A stretch of 19,046 bases of DNA, taken from Nitrososphaerota archaeon. GTDB lineage: Archaea; Thermoproteota; Nitrososphaeria; Nitrososphaerales; UBA57. Shown here piece after piece: positions 1 to 5,140 of the stretch; position 1 is the first letter of the stretch, and each line of letters begins with the position of its first letter. The translations under genes were made by a program, and so were the position numbers. The DNA lies in contig JACAFS010000017.1 of assembly GCA_013378385.1 (NCBI GenBank), positions 1 to 19,046 of the forward strand, in the 5' to 3' direction. Under the pieces are notes generated by a model. That model saw only the letters and a program-made list of their open reading frames with translations. It was not told the DNA's origin and did no database searches.

Positions 1-65
1 AAATATTTTTATATATATAATACAAGAATTATAAGATTCTATAGAATAAATTTCGTTAAATAAAT

Positions 66-93
66 GATGTTAATATAATTTAATATCAACATC
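66..93 (-). terminator. Imperfect inverted repeat downstream of the EF-1alpha stop (possible 3'-end hairpin)
   Basis: GATGTT(AATAT)...(ATAT)CAACATC; the outer arms 66-71 and 88-93 are perfectly complementary. It lies 14-41 nt past the stop at 107 and is followed on the minus strand by T-rich tracts. Confidence 0.3.
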
Positions 94-106
94 AAGAATT
101 AAGAGT

Positions 107-1414
107 TTATTTTAGATCCCATTCTGCATTGATTTCTTTAACTACACCAGCGGCTATGGTTGTACCCATATCTCTTAGTGCGAATCGTCCCATTTGTGGG
201 TATTCAGTAAATGTCTCAAGACATAATGGTCTTAATGGTTGAATCTTTACAATTGCAGCATCTCCAGTTTTTAGCGCTTTAGGTTTTTCTTCTAAAACAC
301 CTCCAGTTCGTGCATCGAGTTTAGAAACTAATTCTGTTATAGTTGCAGCAGCTTGTGAAGTATGCGCATGTATAACAGGGGTATAGCCAGGGGCTATAGC
401 AGTAGGATGATGTACAACAATGATCTGTGCAGTAAATTCTTTAACAACTTTAGGTGGGTCATCAATCGGACCAATTACATCACCACGACGAATGTCCTTT
501 TTATCAACGCCACGAAGGTTGAATCCAATATTATCACCTGCAGAGGCTTGTTGCATCTCAACATGATGAGATTCAATAGATTTTACTTCAGCAGTTGCGT
601 TACTAGGCATGATAATGACCTTTTCTCCTACTTTGAATGTGCCAGTTTCGACTCTTCCGACTGGAACAGTTCCAACACCAGTAATAGAATAGACATCCTG
701 AAGTGGAAGTCTCAATGGTTTATCAACAGGGGGCGCTTCTACTTCGAAATCATCAAATGCTTGGTAAATAGTTTTACCGTCATACCAGTCAAGATTATCG
801 CCCTTATTGATGAGGTTATCGCCCTTCCATCCTGAAACAGGGATAATAGGAACCTTTGAGAGATCCCAACCAACGCCTTTTAATAATTTTTCAACTTCAA
901 CCTTTACTTCTTCATATCTTTCCTTTTTATAACCGACTTCGTTGGCATCCATTTTATTAACGGCAACAATCATTTGTTTTACGCCTAAAGTTTTGAGTAA
1001 GAAACAGTGTTCTCTAGATTGTCCGCCAGGTGCAATAGCAATTTCTGTTTCTCCGGGTTTACCAGAAACACAAAGAACAGCGGCATCTGCTTCAGAAGCG
1101 CCAGTAATCATGTTTTTAATAAAATCTCTGTGTCCAGGTGCATCAATAAGAGTGAAATCAAATTTTGGAGTTTCAAATTTCTTGAATGCTAAGTCAATAG
1201 TAACACCACGTTCTCGTTCGTCTTTCAGATTATCCATAACCCATGCGTACTTGAATGTATCACCTTTACCTGTTTTTTCAGATTCTTCTGCAAATTTGTC
1301 AATAGTTCGTTCATCAATGACTTTGAGGTCAACAAGAAGGTGACCAATTATAGTAGATTTACCTTGGTCTACGTGACCTGCTACAATTAAATTAAGATGG
1401 GGTTTGTCTGCCAA
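107..1414 (-). CDS. tuf: Archaeal translation elongation factor 1-alpha (EF-Tu/EF-1A family GTPase)
   Basis: 435-aa ORF with GTPase motifs GHVDQGKST (G1), DAPGH (G3), NKMD (G4) and SGWKG (G5), plus full domains II/III. The N-terminus xADKPHLNL is typical of aEF-1alpha. The only usable start is TTG at 1412-1414: an in-frame TAG lies four codons upstream and the next Met lies after G1. AGGT sits 7 nt upstream. Confidence 0.97.
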   Translation of the reverse strand: MADKPHLNLIVAGHVDQGKSTIIGHLLVDLKVIDERTIDKFAEESEKTGKGDTFKYAWVMDNLKDERERGVTIDLAFKKFETPKFDFTLIDAPGHRDFIKNMITGASEADAAVLCVSGKPGETEIAIAPGGQSREHCFLLKTLGVKQMIVAVNKMDANEVGYKKERYEEVKVEVEKLLKGVGWDLSKVPIIPVSGWKGDNLINKGDNLDWYDGKTIYQAFDDFEVEAPPVDKPLRLPLQDVYSITGVGTVPVGRVETGTFKVGEKVIIMPSNATAEVKSIESHHVEMQQASAGDNIGFNLRGVDKKDIRRGDVIGPIDDPPKVVKEFTAQIIVVHHPTAIAPGYTPVIHAHTSQAAATITELVSKLDARTGGVLEEKPKALKTGDAAIVKIQPLRPLCLETFTEYPQMGRFALRDMGTTIAAGVVKEINAEWDLK

Positions 1415-1443
1415 TATTAATACCTAATGATTCAGTGATATCT

Positions 1444-1460
1444 TTTATATATATATATTT
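1444..1460 (-). promoter_or_regulatory. Candidate TATA box/promoter for EF-1alpha
   Basis: A (TA)n-rich tract reads AAATATATATATATAAAAG on the minus strand, centred about 38 nt upstream of the TTG start. It sits between the tRNA T-run and the CDS. Confidence 0.4.
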
Positions 1461-1520
1461 TCTAATTCGAATAGATTTATAGAAAGTGAATAATTTTTTC
1501 AAAATCAAATTATAGTTAAT

Positions 1521-1525
1521 AAAAA
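1521..1525 (-). terminator. Oligo-T termination signal after tRNA-Tyr
   Basis: The minus strand reads ...GGGACCA-TTTTT immediately after the encoded CCA. Archaeal RNA polymerase terminates at oligo-T tracts. Confidence 0.4.
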
Positions 1526-1542
1526 TGGTCCCGCGGGTCGGA

Positions 1543-1563
1543 CTTTCATGGATTTTTATCCAA
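1543..1563 (-). other. tRNA intron 4 (21 nt, between positions 59/60)
   Basis: Strict BHB. The central helix is T54 T55 C56 A57/TGAA, with bulges A58 A59|T and A G|T60. The inner hairpin is TGGAT-AAAA-ATCCA. The outer helix is the T-stem GTCGG/CCGAC, which is contiguous only once intron 3 is looped out or removed. Confidence 0.82.
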
Positions 1564-1569
1564 TTTGAA

Positions 1570-1588
1570 TTCGTCGAGCATAAGCCCT
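1570..1588 (-). other. tRNA intron 3 (19 nt, between positions 53/54)
   Basis: The insertion is A-GGGC-TTAT-GCTC-GACG-AA. The central helix is C48 G49 T50 C51/GACG, with bulges G52 G53|A and A A|T54. The inner hairpin is GGGC/GCTC with a TTAT loop. The outer helix is weak (BHL-like at the 3' site). Confidence 0.78.
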
Positions 1589-1604
1589 CCGACGACAGTC
1601 CGGT

Positions 1605-1649
1605 TCCTGTGTTGCTTGGCAAACTGTTCGGATAAGCCAAGGCTTAACC
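1605..1649 (-). other. tRNA intron 2 (45 nt, canonical 37/38 position)
   Basis: Strict BHB. The anticodon stem TCCGG/CCGGA is the outer helix and the central helix is CTGT(32-35)/ACAG. The bulges are A36 G37|G and G A|A38. The inner helix is GTT/AAC, extended by GC-TTGGC/GCCAA-GC. Confidence 0.9.
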
Positions 1650-1664
1650 CTACAGCCGGAAGCT

Positions 1665-1677
1665 TTTGGCAATATTT
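1665..1677 (-). other. tRNA intron 1 (13 nt, D-arm, between positions 22/23)
   Basis: The insertion AAATATTGCCAAA splits the D-stem 3' strand (G22 | A23 G24 C25). A 4-bp helix TGGT(17a-20)/GCCA is followed on each strand by 3 nt with the junction after the second (AG|A and AA|A). There is no inner helix, so this is a relaxed BHB. The exact junction is ambiguous by 1 nt because of A repeats. Confidence 0.7.
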
Positions 1678-1762
1678 CTACCAAGCTGAGCTACCGCGGG
1701 CCTGCGGAAAATCATAAGATAATACCGCGGGTCGCGAGACCGAAATAATAGAGTACAGAAAA

Positions 1763-1772
1763 GAATAAAAAA
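1763..1772 (+). promoter_or_regulatory. Candidate TATA box for the pterin dehydratase operon (probably leaderless mRNA)
   Basis: GAATAAAAAA is centred about 27 nt upstream of the ATG at 1794. That is the usual TATA-to-start-site distance in archaea, and there is no SD-like element. Confidence 0.35.
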
Positions 1773-1793
1773 CTACCGCAGCGCTACATAATT

Positions 1794-2099
1794 ATGGACG
1801 AAAGCTATAAAAAATTAGATTCTGATGAGATAGAATTAGGATTATCAAAGATAAGTAACTGGAAACTAGATAATGATCGTATTAGAAAAACATTCGAATT
1901 TAAGAACTTTGGAGATGCATTCGCATTTATGACCAGAATGGCAATTGAGATAGAAAGAATGAATCACCATCCAGAGTGGTTTAATGTATATAATAAGATC
2001 AATGTAGAACTTACAACCCATGATGTTGGAGGAATAAGTAATTTTGATTTTAAATTAGCAAAGATTATGGACGATTTTGAGAAAATTTTTCTAGATTAA
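1794..2099 (+). CDS. Pterin-4-alpha-carbinolamine dehydratase (PCD/DCoH family)
   Basis: 101 aa, the right size for the family. The hallmark ERMNHHPEW ... [12 protein letters not shown] (HHPEW / THD-GG) catalytic signature is present. Confidence 0.9.
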   Translation: MDESYKKLDSDEIELGLSKISNWKLDNDRIRKTFEFKNFGDAFAFMTRMAIEIERMNHHPEWFNVYNKINVELTTHDVGGISNFDFKLAKIMDDFEKIFLD

Positions 2100-2101
2100 A
2101 A

Positions 2102-2323
2102 ATGAATGAAGAAGAAATAATAAAAAAAGCGACCGAATATGTAAATCTTTTTGGATATATACAATGGAATGAACTAAAAACAATTAATTTTGATAATGAT
2201 TCATCGACATGGATAGTAGGTTTTTCTGCAAAACAAAATGATACAAATGATATATTTTCATATACATTAGAGATTAATGAAGTATCCGGAGATATTTCAA
2301 ATATGCAAATGATAGATGATTAA
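2102..2323 (+). CDS. Hypothetical small acidic protein
   Basis: 73-aa ORF whose ATG lies 2 nt after the PCD stop (TAAAAATG), suggesting translational coupling. No motif recognised. Confidence 0.5.
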   Translation: MNEEEIIKKATEYVNLFGYIQWNELKTINFDNDSSTWIVGFSAKQNDTNDIFSYTLEINEVSGDISNMQMIDD

Positions 2324-2386
2324 TTTCTAAAATGGTAATATCCAAAAGATATAAGTATTCATAATTATTCTATTATATTGTTTAAA

Positions 2387-2887
2387 ATGGGCAAAGTATC
2401 TAGAACTATAATGATGGAAGCACCTGTAGAAGATGTTTTCATGTACTATGCAAGACCAGAGCATGTAGCAGGTCATTTTCCAAAAGAGTCAAAAATGAAA
2501 GTTATTCCTATCAAGATTACAGAAGGATGGGGAGTTGGAACGGTAATGCGAATCATAGGTGAATTTGGTGGTAGAACAATGCAATGGGACAGTATAACAT
2601 GTCAAGTAACTAAGAATAAGAAAATTGTGTCAAAAGCATTAAATGGGCCATTCAAAAAGAATGTAATTACAGTAAACTTTGAGGAAATAAATGATACAAC
2701 TAAGGTAACATTTGAAGCAGATTACATACTTCCAAATTTCATAATTGGAATAATTATCGATAGAATGCATGTAAGAAAGCAAGTCATTAACGGAATGGAT
2801 TCAAGTTTACAGGAAGTAAAGAAATCAGTAGAAGAAAAACACAAAGAAACTGTTAAAGAAGAAATAACAGTAGAATCAAAGAACTAA
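2387..2887 (+). CDS. SRPBCC (START/Bet v1-like, polyketide cyclase/dehydrase-type) domain protein, tentative
   Basis: The N-terminus (RTIMMEAPVEDVFMYYARPEHVAGHFP) and length fit the SRPBCC pattern, with a Lys/Glu-rich tail. I prefer ATG 2387 to the TTG at 2378 used by the ORF track. Confidence 0.55.
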   Translation: MGKVSRTIMMEAPVEDVFMYYARPEHVAGHFPKESKMKVIPIKITEGWGVGTVMRIIGEFGGRTMQWDSITCQVTKNKKIVSKALNGPFKKNVITVNFEEINDTTKVTFEADYILPNFIIGIIIDRMHVRKQVINGMDSSLQEVKKSVEEKHKETVKEEITVESKN

Positions 2888-3804
2888 AAAATAGGAAACC
2901 TAAATAAAACATCCAAGATCAATGCAATAAATATTATCGCAAGATATGGACTAGAAAATTTGAATGCAGTAAGAGCGATTTTTTTGTCGGCAGGGTTCTT
3001 AAGTAATTTTACATTACTATATAATAATAAAATTCCGAATATAACAGAAATTACAAGATAAACATAACCAAATCCCAATAAGACAAAGACCAATGAAAAT
3101 GGAATTAACAAAAGAGTATTGATTATAGTGTAACGTGCAGCTTTTACTTTACCTACAACAACAGGTAGCATAGGAATACCTGCTTCTGTATAATCGTCGT
3201 CTTTCAATAATGCCAATGCCCAGAAATGTGAAGGAGTCCAGATAAAAACTAAAGATCCCATAAGAATAGCAATAAGGTTAAGTTCTCCAGTGATAGCAGT
3301 CCACCCTGCAAATGCAGCGGCGCTACCTGCAAAGCCTCCAATTACAATATTCCAAGTAGTCCTTCGTTTTAGCCATATCGTGTAAATAAATACATAGAAG
3401 AATGAACCTAATAGGATCATTCCTGTAGTTAATAAATTAAGAAAGACAGTAGAAACAATTGCTGCGATTGTAATCATAATAATTCCATAAGCCAGAGTAA
3501 TATTAGGTGAAAGCTGACCAGTTGCACTAGCGCGTTTTTTAGTTCTTTCCATCTTAATGTCAATATCACGATCTACATAACAATTCAATGCAGCAGAGCC
3601 GGCAGAAGAAAGAGTGCCTGCAATAAGAAGTCCAGCCACTATAGTGAAACTAATAGGATTAGTAACGTAATTTGGGTCAAGATATGCAATTAATAATGCA
3701 GAAATAGCCACAAAATCAAGAAGGTAGATTATTGAAGGTTTAGAGACTTCTATAAGATGAGATACTAGATTTCTATAATTTATTGGAATTGAATTAGATG
3801 ACAT
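2884..3804 (-). CDS. ctaB: Protoheme IX farnesyltransferase (heme O synthase), UbiA family
   Basis: 306-aa polytopic protein. It has the UbiA Asp-rich motif NCYVDRDIDIKMERTKKRASATG and a second motif LLKDDDYTEAGIPMLP. It is the last gene of the oxidase operon. Confidence 0.93.
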   Translation of the reverse strand: MSSNSIPINYRNLVSHLIEVSKPSIIYLLDFVAISALLIAYLDPNYVTNPISFTIVAGLLIAGTLSSAGSAALNCYVDRDIDIKMERTKKRASATGQLSPNITLAYGIIMITIAAIVSTVFLNLLTTGMILLGSFFYVFIYTIWLKRRTTWNIVIGGFAGSAAAFAGWTAITGELNLIAILMGSLVFIWTPSHFWALALLKDDDYTEAGIPMLPVVVGKVKAARYTIINTLLLIPFSLVFVLLGFGYVYLVISVIFGILLLYSNVKLLKNPADKKIALTAFKFSSPYLAIIFIALILDVLFRFPIF

Positions 3805-3814
3805 TCGGGGTATT

Positions 3815-3985
3815 TCACTCTGATGGAATTACAAAGAATGATTGCCATAAAAGATAAGCAATTCCAAGAACTAAGAAAACAACAGATAATGTAACAATTA
3901 ATTTTTTAGTTCCTTGGTCATTGTGCTGTTCAGAACCTGACAACATTACAAATATGTTAAGAACAAGATTGATTATGTCAAACAT
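3815..3985 (-). CDS. Small membrane protein (56 aa), not in the supplied ORF track
   Basis: My translation: MFDIINLVLNIFVMLSGSEQHNDQGTKKLIVTLSVVFLVLGIAYLLWQSFFVIPSE*. Two hydrophobic segments flank a polar loop. ATG is preceded by AGGT 9 nt upstream. It fills the only sizeable gap in the operon: 38 nt after the upstream gene and 10 nt before ctaB. Confidence 0.5.
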   Translation of the reverse strand: MFDIINLVLNIFVMLSGSEQHNDQGTKKLIVTLSVVFLVLGIAYLLWQSFFVIPSE

Positions 3986-4023
3986 ATGATTTTTACCTAT
4001 TTTCCAATTATTAAATCCTTTGA

Positions 4024-4698
4024 TTATTTAGGTGTAGAAGTGAAGAAAGTTTTTAGAATCATAAGTATACATATTAAATCAATTCCGACCATCATAAATA
4101 TCATCCAAAATCCAGATGTCATTTGTACGGAGAGAGGGTATGTTTGATAAATCTGAGAATTTCCACTGGCTAGAAAGAAACCTAAAACCCCCATTGTTTT
4201 ATCAATAGATAATATGAAGATGAGTGACTGAATACGTGAAATCATCTTAAAGCTAGAATAGAGGAATATTCCAGAGAGGATTATACTAAAGTGCATTGTC
4301 ATATGTGAATTGAGATCAACAACGGCAGTATCAAAATTAGAGGGAATATGCCAGTAAAATAATGATATGAGAAATAGTAATCCCGTAATCATACCAAATG
4401 GATTAAATCGATTATTAAGTACAAGATACTTAGAATAATATTGTAAGATTTGTCTTTGGTAATTTGATGAACTATATTTGAATGATTTAATTACAGAATC
4501 AGTACCTGATGCAAAAAGAAAACCAGTTGAAAGATATAATATATGTTCAATCATGATATGAAAAAACAGATTCTGTACTTCGTAACGTTCTAATGTTGGA
4601 GAGGTTAATAATAAGATGAATGCATTTCCAAGAATAATTTGCAGCAGGCCATCTTGAAATAGATTTTTTGGATTATTTCGGTTTTTAAGATATTGCAT
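4024..4698 (-). CDS. Polytopic membrane protein, possibly a CtaG (Caa3_CtaG)-like oxidase assembly factor
   Basis: 224 aa with about 6 hydrophobic helices. It carries His/Glu-containing helix motifs (FFHIMIEHILY, SHMTMHF) and sits between ctaA and ctaB. The family assignment is from memory of an HM-x-x-H type motif only. Confidence 0.35.
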   Translation of the reverse strand: MQYLKNRNNPKNLFQDGLLQIILGNAFILLLTSPTLERYEVQNLFFHIMIEHILYLSTGFLFASGTDSVIKSFKYSSSNYQRQILQYYSKYLVLNNRFNPFGMITGLLFLISLFYWHIPSNFDTAVVDLNSHMTMHFSIILSGIFLYSSFKMISRIQSLIFILSIDKTMGVLGFFLASGNSQIYQTYPLSVQMTSGFWMIFMMVGIDLICILMILKTFFTSTPK

Positions 4699-4711
4699 AT
4701 TTCATTATCAA

Positions 4712-5137
4712 TTATGTTCGCAATGATAATAAAGCAGTAATTACAGAGAAACCAAACAAGGCGGTAGATACAGCTAAGTGAATAGTGACGATTGCAGGGT
4801 CAAGAATTGAAGTCACTGTAAGCATTCCAATATAGGCCTGGATGGTTACTAAAACGAGAGTTATTCCAGATGTAGTAACAAGATATGTAGTATCTCGATA
4901 TGAACGATAAGCGACTATAAATGTACCAAGTATAAGAAAACCAACAACCATTGCAAGATAACGATGAGTCATTTCAATCAATACAGAAGTAGTAAGATTA
5001 GGAAGAAATTCTCCGAAACATAAAGGCCAATCAGGGCAAGCCATACCAGAACCACTCTGTGTAGTAATTCCGCCAACAACAATTAAGATGTAGATACCTA
5101 TAGCAGATGACACTGAAAGAGTCTTTAATGGATTCAT
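4712..5137 (-). CDS. ctaA: Heme A synthase, compact four-helix form (CtaA/Cox15 family)
   Basis: 141 aa with 4 predicted TM helices. It has the diagnostic GSGMACPDWPLCFG Cys pair, IEMTHRY (Glu/His in TM2) and IHLAV (His in TM4). It is half the length of bacterial CtaA. Confidence 0.85.
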   Translation of the reverse strand: MNPLKTLSVSSAIGIYILIVVGGITTQSGSGMACPDWPLCFGEFLPNLTTSVLIEMTHRYLAMVVGFLILGTFIVAYRSYRDTTYLVTTSGITLVLVTIQAYIGMLTVTSILDPAIVTIHLAVSTALFGFSVITALLSLRT

Positions 5138-5140
5138 CGA

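Larger units (their letters stand above)
1526..1700 (-). tRNA. tRNA-Tyr (anticodon GUA) with four predicted introns; CCA encoded
   Basis: Minus strand 1700->1526 reads CCCGCGG TA GCTC AGCTTGGTA G[13]AGC T TCCGG CTGTAG[45]A CCGGA CTGTC GTCGG [19] TTCAAA[21]T CCGAC CCGCGGG A CCA. Removing the four insertions gives a 77-nt cloverleaf: CCCGCGGTAGCTCAGCTTGGTAGAGCTTCCGGCTGTAGACCGGACTGTCGTCGGTTCAAATCCGACCCGCGGGACCA. All four stems are Watson-Crick. U8, A14, G18G19, U33, G53, TTC(54-56), A58 and C61 are present, as is the G15/C48 pair. The anticodon GTA is at 1653..1651. C1-G72 plus A73 is the archaeal Tyr identity set. Confidence 0.93.

Noticed and set aside
362-1343. Plus-strand ORFs 362-835, 942-1343 and 1007-1192
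   Set aside because: They are antisense to, and wholly inside, the strongly supported EF-1alpha CDS. The products are low-complexity and Ser/Asn/Phe-rich, typical of shadow ORFs in AT-rich DNA.
1446-1458. (TA)n microsatellite
   Set aside because: It is short and positioned as expected for the EF-1alpha TATA box, so it is better explained as promoter sequence than as a repeat feature.
1392-1640. 82-aa minus-strand ORF in the supplied track
   Set aside because: It spans the EF-1alpha promoter region and most of the tRNA-Tyr gene. The tRNA fully explains the sequence, and the ORF's composition is not protein-like.
1526-1700. tRNA pseudogene or degenerate tRNA-like sequence
   Set aside because: Removing the four insertions restores every stem and every universally conserved position. 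Each insertion carries a BHB-type motif at the exact junctions. Random decay would not do this.
1526-1793. tRNA-adjacent integrated mobile element or att-site duplication
   Set aside because: The repeats of the tRNA ends are only 9-10 nt and lie 31 nt upstream of the gene. No integrase or foreign cargo is present, and the flanking genes are housekeeping genes with the same composition.
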